DNA of 63,356 bases, filler included, from Octopus bimaculoides (taxonomy: Eukaryota): the NCBI RefSeq assembly GCF_001194135.2. It is 3 parts of 3 records of this genome, joined end to end, with 100 filler letters (N's around TTAATTAATTAA, not from the genome) between each part and the next. Parts side by side here need not be neighbours in the genome. Positions count along the whole stretch, not along the records: positions 1 to 27,005 come from NC_068995.1; 2 more parts are not named here. One strand, written 5' to 3'. The notes below the pieces were generated by a model. That model made no database searches. It worked only from the letters and a program-made list of their open reading frames with translations, and was not told the origin of the DNA. Within the stretch, counting starts at the first letter, position 1, and every line of letters begins with the position of its first letter. Both the position numbers and the translations under genes were made by a program. Of the stretch, positions 11,491 through 26,225 are shown piece by piece.

Positions 11491-13272
11491 GACATAGATT
11501 ATATATATATATATNNNNNNNNNNNNNNNNNNNNNNNNNNNNNNNNNNNNNNNNNNNNNNNNNNNNNNNNNNNNNNNNNNNNNNNNNNNNNNNNNNNNNN
11601 NNNNNNNNNNNNNNNNNNNNNNNNNNNNNNNNNNNNNNNNNNNNNNNNNNNNNNNNNNNNNNNNNNNNNNNNNNNNNNNNNNNNNNNNNNNNNNNNNNNN
11701 NNNNNNNNNNNNNNNNNNNNNNNNNNNNNNNNNNNNNNNNNNNNNNNNNNNNNNNNNNNNNNNNNNNNNNNNNNNNNNNNNNNNNNNNNNNNNNNNNNNN
11801 NNNNNNNNNNNNNNNNNNNNNNNNNNNNNNNNNNNNNNNNNNNNNNNNNNNNNNNNNNNNNNNNNNNNNNNNNNNNNNNNNNNNNNNNNNNNNNNNNNNN
11901 NNNNNNNNNNNNNNNNNNNNNNNNNNNNNNNNNNNNNNNNNNNNNNNNNNNNNNNNNNNNNNNNNNNNNNNNNNNNNNNNNNNNNNNNNNNNNNNNNNNN
12001 NNNNNNNNNNNNNNNNNNNNNNNNNNNNNNNNNNNNNNNNNNNNNNNNNNNNNNNNNNNNNNNNNNNNNNNNNNNNNNNNNNNNNNNNNNNNNNNNNNNN
12101 NNNNNNNNNNNNNNNNNNNNNNNNNNNNNNNNNNNNNNNNNNNNNNNNNNNNNNNNNNNNNNNNNNNNNNGTGGTGGTGGTGGTGGTGGTGGTGGTGGTG
12201 GTGGTGGTGATGGCCCCCGCCGCTACCACCGCGACGGTGGTGGCGGTGGTAGTAGTGATGGTGGAGGCGACCGCAACGGTGGTGACGGTGCTGGTGATGG
12301 TCATGGTGGTGGTCGCAGTGGTAGTGCTGCTGCTACTGGTTTATGGTTGTTTTCGTTGGTACTAGTGTTTTTTTTTTTAATGTGTTTTACTATACATAAT
12401 TTGGCATTTGTCTTCTAATATCAAAACTCAAAATTCACACAGAAAATAAACCAAAAAACAAAAGAAAGAACAAACAAACCATTTTTTCAAGTATCAACAA
12501 CTGGAACAAAATGAAGATTTATCGAAGATTCTTAGAAATATTTTACTGAGGTGAATCTACGAAGAAGCGTGGAAATGCTGTGAAACAAGAATATAGAATA
12601 TAGATTCCCAACCAAAACAAGAAAGAAATAAGAGAAGGAAAGAAAAGTCACATTGGAAAATAAAATCACAGAGAAATGGAATAATTGAAGTGGAAAAGAA
12701 TTCAGGACGAGGCAAACCAAAATGAGAGGAGGAAGTTGAAAGCGAAAGGAAGATAACAATTGTGTGCGGAACTAAAACGTGGCATGAGAAGATACAAGTA
12801 TATACGAATGTATATATATATATATATAATAGAGAGAGAGAGACAGACAGACAGGCAGACAGATAGGCAGACAGGCAGGCAGACAGACAGACAGACAGAC
12901 ATGCAGGCAGGCAGGCAGAGAGACAGACAGACAGAGAGATAGATAGAGAGAGAGAGAGAAAGAAATTTGGGTAATTTAAGAATTAATAAAGCTATACTCA
13001 TACACAGACTAGGACCTGAAATTAACAACAGGCTGGAGGCTGGTAATCAATATATTATTAAGGTACATCTGGATGCGTGTAGGTTCATTCTTAATAACAT
13101 GCTCATGTATTGTTTATAACAAAAAAAAAGAGGAAAAAAAGAAGGAAAAAAGGGAAGCTGCACGTATAACACATAACTTAGAAGCAGCGCTACAGATGTA
13201 CCAATACACATGATAATAATATCGTATACGACTTGAGATGTTTGCCTTGCCTTGTTTGTTGTCCTCTTTATC

Positions 13273-13309
<37 letters not shown>

Positions 13310-13399
13310 TATGAGGTACTGATCCGTGAATTTATGGATCATCTATATCTATTGATCAGCACCGTGAAATTATTTTCATTTACACACAACAGATTATAC

Positions 13400-13739
13400 T
13401 GTTGAAAATAGAAAAAAATCCTAACATTGGGCTACAAGTAACCTTAGATACCAAGAACCATCCTAAGTATCCTAGCTGTCCCTACTAACTCTATTTTCTG
13501 GAGCTGTAGTAAACAGGGGTTTATGCCTATTCTTTTATCCACCTATTCAGATCTTTAAGGGTGGTTCCTAATATAACTGTAACTACTGGGATACATTTTA
13601 CCCCCACTTTCCATAGTCTATGTAATTCAATGGCTAGCTCCTGATATTTTGCTATTTTGTTTATTCCTCTCATATTGATTTTTTCATCATTTGGGACTGT
13701 AAAGTCAATAATCTGGCACTTTCTATTCTCTTTATCTGC
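13400..13739 (-). mobile_element. 3' end of an RLE-encoding non-LTR retrotransposon (R4/Dong-like), pseudogenised
   Basis: Translation DKENRKCQIIDFTVPNDEKINMRGINKIAKYQELAIELHRLWK / CIPVV..LGT..KDL..WI / LQKIELVGTARILRMVLGI* is the typical PD-(D/E)xK RLE C-terminus; it has frameshifts and is missed by the ORF track. Confidence 0.85.
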
Positions 13740-14150
13740 AGGGTTCGGACGCTATTTGAGGACAAATTTATGGTTTTAAAACAACACTTATATAATAACA
13801 GAAAAATAACTATATTTTTATAAAAATTACATAAACATAAAGCTAAATTATCAATTTAATAATTTCATTCAATAAAACCACCATAAGCATCAGTAACTGC
13901 CTCTACGCGGGGTCGAAATCATTTACAATTTTGGATTAAGTGGTCCTTGTTCATATTGGACGTGACTCGAACTATGGCGGCTTTGGTGCTATGGGGGTGT
14001 TCATTGACATTTTTGTCAACGATACTCCAGACATAGTAATCCAGTGGATTGAGATCTGGAGATTTAGAGAGCCATATATTGGGGGTGGGGGTGGGGGGAT
14101 CATGCAAATTGTCGGCCATCCAATTTTGTATCATTTGAGCCTTGTGTGAT
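13737..14150 (-). mobile_element. Tc1/mariner transposase C-terminal relic with one TIR
   Basis: W..KSPDLNPLDYYVWS...FRPRVEAVTDAYGGFIE* (stop at 13865-13867); TIR-like cagggttcggacgctatttgaggaca at the left end. Confidence 0.88.
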
Positions 14151-15744
14151 GGTGCAGAATCTTGTTGAAAGAAATAACGTCTGCCCTCCCTCCCATAGTT
14201 TCAGGTTCAGCACCTATATTAGAAAGGGTTATTATTATTATTATTATTGGTAATTTTTTCTAACTTTATCTTTTTCTTTTTGTTTCTTGTGATCTGCCTC
14301 TTTTTCAGTATTTTTCAGCCACAACATAATCAAGCCACGACTAGCTTGATTGTTTCAACATATTTCCTTTTTCTTTTTTTTTTTCTCAGTTACGTGCGTA
14401 GAGTTTGTATGAAACACTTTTGACACATTAAATACCCGCTCTAACAGAATATCAATCTATCAACGTTTATTACCGCCTTGTTTTTCCTCCCTTTCTATGT
14501 GGGGCAATCTTCGTTTCTGTCCTGTTTTTGTTCTGTTTTGTTTTTTTCGGTGGGGAATAGCATATTTCATAAACTTCAAAGAATCCATGTTTACGCCATT
14601 TCACAAGGCTGAAGTTATTGACAATTAAAATATGGCAATTTATTGTTCGTTGTACCGTATTTTACGTTTTTTTTTATTTTTTATTATTTTTCATATTTTG
14701 ATTTTAACACTTTAATTTTATTGTTTTTTCCCTCTCTGCGTTGTTGTTCTTGGGGGTTTTTTTGGCTTTTTTTAGTTTATTTTTAATTTAAATTAAGACG
14801 GAAATGTGAGCAACAAGTATTGAAAACATACACCAACCGACCAACCAACCAACCAATGAACCCACGTTTTGCAAAGATTGAGAACATGGAAAAATTTCCA
14901 GGCATTAAATATTCACACACCACCCCNNNNNNNNNNNNNNNNNNNNNNNNNNNNNNNNNNNNNNNNNNNNNNNNNNNNNNNNNNNNNNNNNNNNNNNNNN
15001 NNNNNNNNNNNNNNNNNNNNNNNNNNNNNNNNNNNNNNNNNNNNNNNNNNNNNNNNNNNNNNNNNNNNNNNNNNNNNNNNNNNNNNNNNNNNNNNNNNNN
15101 NNNNNNNNNNNNNNNNNNNNNNNNNNNNNNNNNNNNNNNNNNNNNNNNNNNNNNNNNNNNNNNNNNNNNNNNNNNNNNNNNNNNNNNNNNNNNNNNNNNN
15201 NNNNNNNNNNNNNNNNNNNNNNNNNNNNNNNNNNNNNNNNNNNNNNNNNNNNNNNNNNNNNNNNNNNNNNNNNNNNNNNNNNNNNNNNNNNNNNNNNNNN
15301 NNNNNNNNNNNNNNNNNNNNNNNNNNNNNNNNNNNNNNNNNNNNNNNNNNNNNNNNNNNNNNNNNNNNNNNNNNNNNNNNNNNNNNNNNNNNNNNNNNNN
15401 NNNNNNNNNNNNNNNNNNNNNNNNNNNNNNNNNNNNNNNNNNNNNNNNNNNNNNNNNNNNNNNNNNNNNNNNNNNNNNNNNNNNNNNNNNNNNNNNNNNN
15501 NNNNNNNNNNNNNNNNNNNNNNNNNNNNNNNNNNNNNNNNNNNNNNNNNNNNNNNNNNNNNNNNNNNNNNNNNNNNNNNNNNNNNNNNNNNNNNNNNNNN
15601 NNNNNNNNNNNNNNNNNNNNNNNNNNNNNNNNNNNNNNNNNNNNNNNNNNNNNNNNNNNNNNNNNNNNNNNNNNNNNNNNNNNNNNNNNNNNNNNNNNNN
15701 NNNNNNNNNNNNTATATATATATATATATATATATATATGACCT

Positions 15745-15840
15745 CTATACATATTTTTTCTCTCCTTGTTTCTCTCCTTATTTCTTTCTGTATTCTTTTC
15801 TGTTGAGGAGCGTAGGTTCGAAACGTTAAAGACTTTCTCT
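15745..15840 (+). mobile_element. PLE-type terminal repeat fragment with hammerhead-like motif (A6U core)
   Basis: ttt-CTGTTGA-g-gagc-gtag-gttc-GAAAcgt-t-aaag (15795-15831); same family at 40005 and 56500. Confidence 0.6.
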
Positions 15841-16688
15841 ATACACATACATACATGCATACATACTTACATGCATATGTGAATACGCATGCACACTTAC
15901 GCACACACATGCGCACGAACAAGCAAACAAAAAGAACGCAGCTCGGATAACGGACAGAGTCAACGACTATTGAAATGGTTGCAAGATGCAAGGAAACTTT
16001 TGGAAAAAATAAAGAAGTGGAAATTGAACCGCTGAGTGTGTTGAATAATAAGGCACTTAATAAAAGAGAATGACTCTCCCCAGACACAATAAAATATGCT
16101 TCAACACATGAACTCTCATAAAGAATCTTGCATACCAAATACAAAATTGACACACACACACATATATATATTTATGTATGTGTGTGGGGGTGTATATAAG
16201 CCATAGTGATATCCGTTTAACAGCTGATGATGGAAATGTATGCTTGTTTGTGAAACATTTATATCTTGGGGTCTCGCTATTCTCAGATGTCATTCTCGTG
16301 AGATTGAACTAGTTTCGGAGATCGTGGTTTATGGTAATTACACAAATGGCATATATGTGTGTGAGCGTCTGTGTATGTGAGTGTGTGTGTTAGTGTATAT
16401 GTGTGTATATATGTATGCATATTTATAGGGGTTTTTGTATATATATACATACTAACATACATACGTACATACATACATATATATCTATGTGTGTGTGTGT
16501 GTGTGTGTGTGGATGTGTGTGTGGATGTACATGTGTACTTTCATTCGTTTGTAATAAATAATTAATAATTTCACGTGTCCAATTATTCATAAATATCATT
16601 CTACGCTCTGCTTGTCATTTAATTATTGTTTCTGCTTAAACATTAATACATATTTCTCTGTTTTGCTTTTTGATGTGAGCTTCTAATG

Positions 16689-16726
<38 letters not shown>

Positions 16727-17165
16727 NNNNNNNNNNNNNNNNNNNNNNNNNNNNNNNNNNNNNNNNNNNNNNNNNNNNNNNNNNNNNNNNNNNNNNNNNN
16801 NNNNNNNNNNNNNNNNNNNNNNNNNNNNNNNNNNNNNNNNNNNNNNNNNNNNNNNNNNNNNNNNNNNNNNNNNNNNNNNNNNNNNNNNNNNNNNNNNNNN
16901 NNNNNNNNNNNNNNNNNNNNNNNNNNNNNNNNNNNNNNNNNNNNNNNNNNNNNNNNNNNNNNNNNNNNNNNNNNNNNNNNNNNNNNNNNNNNNNNNNNNN
17001 NNNNNNNNNNNNNNNNNNNNNNNNNNNNNNNNNNNNNNNNNNNNNNNNNNNNNNNNNNNNNNNNNNNNNNNNNNNNNNNNNNNNNNNNNNNNNNNNNNNN
17101 NNNNNNNNNNNNNNNNNNNNNNNNNNNNNNNNNNNNNNNNNNNNNNNNNNNNNNNNNNNNNNNNN

Positions 17166-17214
<49 letters not shown>

Positions 17215-17708
17215 ATGTATGCATATATATATACATACATACATACATACATACATGCACACATACATACATAGAAATATTAACTCCCTTCACAGATTAC
17301 TGTCTTCTCAAACAAAATTTATTTACTAAAATATTTACGATTATAGTCGCAACTCATTTGTTGCTTCTTAGTTTAAGTCTAAATCCTTTTGCGACACAAA
17401 GACAACACGAAGATTCTTTAAAGCATTGAACAACACATAATATATACCTCAGAATACATTATGTACTTGATCAAGAATGGATCCCATTGATCGCTTTGTA
17501 TGGTTGTGATTAATTTATCATTTTCGTCTACGCTTTGCTTGATGGTGTCTTCTTTGATTATCGTCTGCGTTTAATCATTTGCTACCAACTGTTCTCTTGC
17601 TCGCTTTGATTATGAAGTGTGTCATTTGATTAATCTGTGTAATTTAAGAATTTGCATGTATATATGTAAATAAATGTATGTATATATGTATGTAATTAGA
17701 TTTGCGTG

Positions 17709-17741
<33 letters not shown>

Positions 17742-17977
17742 ATACGTCTTGCCCGTCTTTTTCGTAGTTTATACATGTTAAGTTTAAAGGCATAGATATA
17801 TATATATATATGTATATATATGTATGTATATATGTATATACATATATATATGTATATATAAATATATTTATATATATATATATATTCCTTTATAATTTTC
17901 AGTGCAATTGCTGTAGCCATGCTGTAGCCATGCTGGAGCACCGTCATGTAAAGGTATATGAATATGTCTATGTGTAT

Positions 17978-18025
<48 letters not shown>

Positions 18026-18114
18026 GTATACATATATATGCGTGTGTGTGTGCTTCTCTGTGTGTTAGTGTATACATATAGATGTACAAAAACATTTTAC
18101 CTTTATATATGCAG

Positions 18115-18197
<83 letters not shown>

Positions 18198-18261
18198 TGT
18201 GCATGTGCATGTGCGAGCCTGAGTTTGTGTGTTTGTGTTTGTGTGTGTAAATATATAAATT

Positions 18262-18327
<66 letters not shown>

Positions 18328-18566
18328 GACACATGTCTGTAGCCTGCGTTCATGCATTGTTTGTTTGCAGGTTTGCCTGTGTGTATTTGTTTCGTCTGTT
18401 ATTCCAATCCTTCCATTATTTGTATTCCTCATTACGCGGTTCTATATTTATTCATACCTTCACTTATTTTCTCTGTTTGTCAATGTAATGTTTATGCTTG
18501 TACCTATATTGAATTCGCAGTTGAAATTCTCCATGGCTTTTTTTTTTGTTCTATTCTCTCCCCTTC

Positions 18567-18621
<55 letters not shown>

Positions 18622-18912
18622 TATCTATCTATATCTCTACCTATCTCTCTTCTCTCTTCTCTCTGTTTATGGATATCAACATACAACATATATGCAACTG
18701 TATATTTGAATTTTTACGTCTATACATACATAAGTATACATACTTATATATGCTTTCATGTATATATATATCTATATACATATGCATGTATATACGTATG
18801 CATATACATCTATATACTTAGGTATATACATATGTATGTATACACATCTATATACATACATATGTATATATATATATAAATATATATGCAGATGTACATA
18901 TATATACATATG

Positions 18913-19029
<117 letters not shown>

Positions 19030-19144
19030 CTGTATGACAGTTGTTTGGCCGTGAATATTTTCGTGTCACTCTGGAATTTTTTGAGGCTTCTTCTAGTTTT
19101 AGTTGTTAGTGTTGTTGATGCTTCTGTTACGGTTTTTGTTTGAG

Positions 19145-19298
19145 AGCATCATCATTGTCATCATCATCATCGTCATCATCATCATCATCATCATCATCGT
19201 CATCATCGTCATCGTCATCGTCGTTGTCTTAAGCCTTAACACCATCATCATTGTTAATACTGATAATGATGATGTTTTTAATAATGTTGATAACAATA

Positions 19299-19369
<71 letters not shown>

Positions 19370-19480
19370 AATAATAATTACAATAATACTAATAATAATA
19401 ATAATGATAATGATGATCGTGATGATTATTTCATTTATTGCTACAGAAGCTTAATAATAGCAATAATAATAATAATAATG
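19145..19480. repeat. (CAT)n, (GAT)n and (AAT)n tracts
   Basis: Visible. Confidence 0.9.
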
Positions 19481-19916
19481 ATGTTTCTTTTAAAATTAAT
19501 TTTTTCAAAGGAATTGTGCATGATGAAACTAAAATGGAAAGTCCCCTACATATAGGCAAAGACACACATACACACAGACGCACACACACACACGCACACT
19601 GAAATAATCACTGCAACACAATCACATACATACACCGTAATCGCACTCACACACATATACGCACACACGTTACACACACGAAGTCAGATATCATTACGCA
19701 AAAGTATGAGATACAAATACACACACACACACCAAAATTAATAAACACACTAACACACAACAAATTATTACCACACAGAAGCATACACACACACACACAC
19801 ACGTTTGCATATATTCAGACACTACACACACACAGTCAGACTCACAAACATGCGCACACACATGCATACACATAGCCAGACATGTAACATAAGCGCATGC
19901 GGCAGAAACACATCCT

Positions 19917-19951
<35 letters not shown>

Positions 19952-20661
19952 CAAAAGCATAATAATCACGCACATACAAACACACACACACACACATATA
20001 CAGAGTCAGGTACATGACACAAATGCATATGCACACATACATACACACACGTGAACGCACGTACAACACATACGTTTGCACACATACATACACACGTGAG
20101 CACACGTACAACAAACACACAAAAATATGACACATTACACAATCACACACAAACGTACACACACAAACATACACTCACACACGCAGTCACTCACACATAC
20201 ACGAGATTATCCATCATGCGTCGCCATCATTAATTGTACGATGTCCGCCACTTTTTTTTTTATTTTCGTTGTTTTTCGGTGTTCGATATCGAAGACATTT
20301 GATTAAAAACTAATATTAAAGAACAAATTCGAATCTACCACTAATTGTATTCAGAAAACTAGTTACCATTTTCTCTCTCAGATATAATTTGATGCTTAAT
20401 TAATTCTTCCAGCTAATTTTCATTTGATCTGCAAGAAGGTACGGGAAGAGCTATGAATAGCTGTGCGCATGCGAGCGCTTGGTTGCTTATTTTTCTGTGT
20501 ATGTGTGTGCGTGTGACTATATATGCATGAATTTGTTGTGTTCATATATATATGTGTATGTGTTTGTCTATTTGTATACAAATGTGTAAGACTGTATATG
20601 CGTGCGTCCATATATACGCATGTATGTGTGTGCGGGTGCATGTATGCATATATGTATGAGC

Positions 20662-20800
20662 ATTCATGGTTCTGTTGTAAGAAGCATGCTTCCCAGCCAC
20701 ATGGTTCCGGGCAAGTGCCTTCAAGTATACCCTTAAGCCGACGAAAGTATTTTAATTGGATTTGGTAATCAGAAACTGAAAGAAGCCCTTCGTATATATA
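20662..20800 (+). mobile_element. SINE family B, internally deleted copy
   Basis: gtaagaagcatgcttcccagccacatggttccggg...gatttggtaatcagaaactgaaagaagccc. Confidence 0.7.
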
Positions 20801-21715
20801 TCCTGTTCAGAATATATGTGTGCGTGCGTGTGCATATATGTATATATNNNNNNNNNNNNNNNNNNNNNNNNNNNNNNNNNNNNNNNNNNNNNNNNNNNNN
20901 NNNNNNNNNNNNNNNNNNNNNNNNNNNNNNNNNNNNNNNNNNNNNNNNNNNNNNNNNNNNNNNNNNNNNNNNNNNNNNNNNNNNNNNNNNNNNNNNNNNN
21001 NNNNNNNNNNNNNNNNNNNNNNNNNNNNNNNNNNNNNNNNNNNNNNNNNNNNNNNNNNNNNNNNNNNNNNNNNNNNNNNNNNNNNNNNNNNNNNNNNNNN
21101 NNNNNNNNNNNNNNNNNNNNNNNNNNNNNNNNNNNNNNNNNNNNNNNNNNNNNNNNNNNNNNNNNNNNNNNNNNNNNNNNNNNNNNNNNNNNNNNNNNNN
21201 NNNNNNNNNNNNNNNNNNNNNNNNNNNNNNNNNNNNNNNNNNNNNNNNNNNNNNNNNNNNNNNNNNNNNNNNNNNNNNNNNNNNNNNNNNNNNNNNNNNN
21301 NNNNNNNNNNNNNNNNNNNNNNNNNNNNNNNNNNNNNNNNNNNNNNNNNNNNNNNNNNNNNNNNNNNNNNNNNNNNNNNNNNNNNNNNNNNNNNNNNNNN
21401 NNNNNNNNNNNNNNNNNNNNNNNNNNNNNNNNNNNNNNNNNNNNNNNNNNNNNNNNNNNNNNNNNNNNNNNNNNNNNNNNNNNNNNNNNNNNNNNNNNNN
21501 NNNNNNNNNNNNNNNNNNNNNNNNNNNNNNNNNNNNNNNNNNNNNNNNNNNNNNNNNNAAGAGGAGGAAGATTGTGATGATGATGGTGGTGGTGGTGGTG
21601 GTGGTGGTGGTGGTGGTGGTGGTGATGTAGTCGATGAGGACGACAAGGAAGCGACGATGGCAAATAGTGAGGAGGTTGATACACAAAACAGAAGCCGATA
21701 CTATTATAGTACTTT

Positions 21716-21756
21716 ACTATGCTAATGAGATCTAACAGACCGAAACACGCCCATTG
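21716..21756 (+). ncRNA. Degenerate hammerhead-like motif
   Basis: ctatg-CTAATGA-gatct-aac-agacc-GAAA-cacg-CC-cattg; stems are retained, with G5A and U16.1C core changes. Confidence 0.4.
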
Positions 21757-22499
21757 TTGGCCCGCTCCTCTTCAGAACCGCGATTATGAACAAAGCACAA
21801 TCCAAGAAAGCAAGAATTGAAATATCATGTGTCAGACAAACACATATAACACGGCAACTAGTGACTCTACAAATAAGGAGAAAGTCAATATGCAAAGTTG
21901 AAAGCTGATATACGAAATATAAAAACTGAAAAAGCGAAGAGCAAATAACATAACAGCATACCGCAAACAAACCGTAAATATATTAGACGCCATCTTGTTT
22001 TTAATTTCATTTTGCGTGATTGCGAATATATTTCAAAATATCAATTTTTTTATGATGAATTTATGAATTTATGAACTTTTTCGCTATTTTTAGTATTATT
22101 TGGGTGGAACGTACCTTGTAGTAACTAGCTGTGATCCCTTACTTTCTTAATTCAAATTTCACCGAAGTCAATTATACTTTTTTTGTTTTCCTAATATGTA
22201 AGTCAAAAAACTGAGGTCAATAAAATCATTATTTCCCTTCCTCTATAACTATAGCCTTATCCTGCAGTTCGAATTCTTTAATACTACTGTTGAGACACTG
22301 GATGGCAGAATTGGAAGAGTGATGTTTAAAAGTGAATGTTTAAAAGAGCCCTGTCAAGTTCGTAAGAAATATTGATTTTCAATTTTCATACTTAACATAG
22401 AAATCCCATTCGCCCTTGCTTCGTTTCACAATGAATGCGTATGTAAATTGTATTAAATTTTTAAATGTGTTGCCTGTTAATCCCATATATCCCTGAAGA

Positions 22500-23110
22500 T
22501 ACTGAACGTTTTAACTGGGCATTTGTAGCCAAGAAAATTCATATCCTAGTACTTTGACAAACAAATCTAAAAACTATACCAGTGCATTTCCACCAGCAAT
22601 CCTAAACACAATGAATCCTAAAACGTTATATTTCAAAACATCCCTAAACTGACAAAGTTCATTAAATATATTCTATCATAAAAAAGCAAACGACAACCCA
22701 AAATAGACAGCAAATTTAACAAAGGCCAATCTTCCCACAATGACAACAGAACCAACAGTGATAAATGTGGATGATCCTACTCTGGTATATGCTTAAATCC
22801 GCCAGAACAGTCTGAGGTCAGTTTTAAACGAGGGATTTTTTTTCAAAATAAGAAATAACTTTACAAGTGCATCTGAAAACCAAATATATACAATAACATG
22901 CTCAAAATACGGACAAAACTACATAACATAAGATAAACCAGAATATCTTCTAAGACAGTGCATGACTCTTCACAGCCATCAGATACAAACACCGGAATAC
23001 AGACAATTAGGTTTCACTGAACATATAGATACATGTAGCGGTTAGAAACACCCAAATTTTATGATCTTTTACTTATACCAAGTTGCACATGGGAACAGCA
23101 ACGTGTTAAC
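22500..23110 (+). mobile_element. Decayed Penelope-like element (linker plus GIY-YIG endonuclease)
   Basis: KSKRQPK..KCG..GIC..FKIRNNFTSASENQIYTITCSKYGQNYI...TLHSHQIQTPEYRQLGFTEHIDTCS..HPNFMIFYLYQ aligns with the 47694-48140 ORF; many stops and frameshifts. Confidence 0.85.
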
Positions 23111-23839
23111 AAAGAGATAACATGCAAAATTAAATAGTGACCACATCTTAACAACAGTGAGAGAGATAGAATACTACTACTACTGCTGCTGTTGCTGTTA
23201 CCACTGCAATTATTACTGCTTTTGCTGCTGCTGTAACTCTTTCTGCAGTCACTACGCCTTCTGTTACTGAAGGAGAGGAACAAATCACTCCTACTACATT
23301 ACAACTTTTACTATTTCCAATGCTAATACTACTATAACTACTGCTTAAGCTGCTACTACTACTCTTGCTAGAAAACTGAATACATCTACTGCTACTATGT
23401 CCTCTACCATTGCTACTTCTACTGCCTCCACTTCTATACGACCTCTCCAACAACTAAGCACCACTCTTTCATACCAACATTGCCAGTAAGGAACAATATA
23501 ATGTCATTATTAAAACTCTTACTACCACTATTATGACGCAACAGCTATGTGAAGGAGACCAACAGCAGTTAACGAGTGAAGTTTGTAGAAAAAATGTGCA
23601 CTTTTAGAAGTACATACATAAAAGATTAATTTAAATTTTTTTTCAATATAGTTTTATTTTTTATAATATGGCTAAAACGTCTCAAACCATTGAACTGGTA
23701 GTATATTTTGATAACGATGTAAATATTTTCCTCGTTTTATTCATGATATAATTCTTGAAGCATTTTTCATAAAACATTATTAGGACTAGCACTTTTGCAA
23801 AATAAATTAAATGGGCTTTGCAAACCTAATTCCACAAAG

Positions 23840-24110
<271 letters not shown>

Positions 24111-24497
24111 GTGTAATAATAAAAACGTATTAATTATAAGAAAACGTATAATGAAAAATGCATACACTAAAAAACATATACGAATACAAACCAATTTTAT
24201 TAGTTTAAAATTGGAGGTTAGTAAATAGCAAAGTATATATAAATATTAAAAAAATCAATATGAAATAAGACGGTTTTATATGCTAAAAATTTAATAGGAC
24301 GAAATAATATTCGCGATAGAATTATCTTATAGAACAGCATAACGATATTCGAGGCAGAAACACTGAAATATCATAAAGATAAATAAGGGAAATATGATAT
24401 TGGAGGGGAGAGGTGATAAATCTGCACTGGATAGTTAATTTAATTAACTATTCTATAGAAATTATGTTTATGCGGAAACCATTTCTTAATGAGACGT

Positions 24498-24902
<405 letters not shown>

Positions 24903-25199
24903 TTATTTTCATAGAGATATGGATTGTGCAAAACGAATAAAAGCAGGTTTATCAGCGTTCTTAATGATAAACGAACAGATCGTATATGTGTTAAACAAAC
25001 GCATATACGCACTGTACACGCACATACATACATATACATGCAGACTCATACATATACTCATACAAGCATACGAACACACGGAAACATATATATATCACTG
25101 GCGATTCAATTGTTTTTGTTAGCTCGATTTGTTTCATAAAAAATCTAAATCCAGATGCAACAAGCATATTTCTTCTTTTAAACACACCCTGTCAGCCTT

Positions 25200-25520
25200 A
25201 ATCTTCAGACTTAAAGACGTGAAAATTAACTACTACTTCAATTAGAAGATTCTTTCTAGAGACCAGATCTCATAGTAACGGACCAAGAAGGTATTCTGCA
25301 TATTCACTTGAAAAACTTCATCTGTATATCAACCTACGTACTTCCACGAACTGTATAAACACCGAGAGCAAAATTTTCTCACCATGTCCGCACTATACGA
25401 AGTATATTTTAGCGGGAACTGAAGACAACTCACCAAACAGATCATACCCATTAATTTGGATACGATTCTATCGACCTCCAATCAGTGAAAACACTTCCAC
25501 TGCACCATCGGCTTTTTAGC
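25200..25520 (+). mobile_element. Possible ancient PLE endonuclease remnant
   Basis: Fragments TDQEG..ICISTYVLPRT / PHYTKYILAGTE..NR loosely resemble the PLE Cys-linker and YIGET region. Confidence 0.25.
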
Positions 25521-25854
25521 GTTGTATCCACTGTTCTCACCTAATCTGTTTATACACCATCTGAATGCAAGAACGCCTAAACACAGATAAACAATCTTAC
25601 ATCTCAACTTCTATTATTCCAATAACTTTCTCGTTGTTTGTTTTCTTCTGTGCTTCTCGTGTTGGTTAACGAGATTTGAGAGGTGGTTTAAGATGGGAGT
25701 GGATTATAGGGATGAGTGAGGCTGATGAGTAATGAGTGGTGATGAAAGATGGAGTCTGTAGGAATAATGAAAAACAGGGTAGGATCCGTTATCGATTGTA
25801 CTAAAAGGTGGAAGGTAGGGCAGAATAGGGGAGAACAAATTAGACCGCATGGCA

Positions 25855-25955
25855 TCATCATCATCATCATCATCGTCGTCGTCGTCAGTATAATCATCAT
25901 CATCATTATTCTCATCGTCTCCGCCATCATTATCACCATCATCATCATCATCAGT

Positions 25956-25990
<35 letters not shown>

Positions 25991-26009
25991 CGTTATCACC
26001 ATCATCACC

Positions 26010-26095
<86 letters not shown>

Positions 26096-26225
26096 TCTCA
26101 TCATCATTATCATCGTCGTCATCGTCTTCGTCATTTTCGTTGTCGTCGACATCGTTGCTGACAACGTGTTACCCGTCGGCGGCGGCGGCAGCGTTCTTGT
26201 CCTCACGGGTAACAACATCATCGTG
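25855..26225. repeat. (CAT)n degenerate tract
   Basis: Visible. Confidence 0.9.

Noticed and set aside
12491-12549. Possible exon YQQLEQNEDLSKILRNILL with AG/GT borders
   Set aside because: Weak acceptor, no recognisable homology and no partner exons
20413-20438. Candidate 26-nt microexon
   Set aside because: Not frame-preserving; splice-like motifs are common in AT-rich DNA
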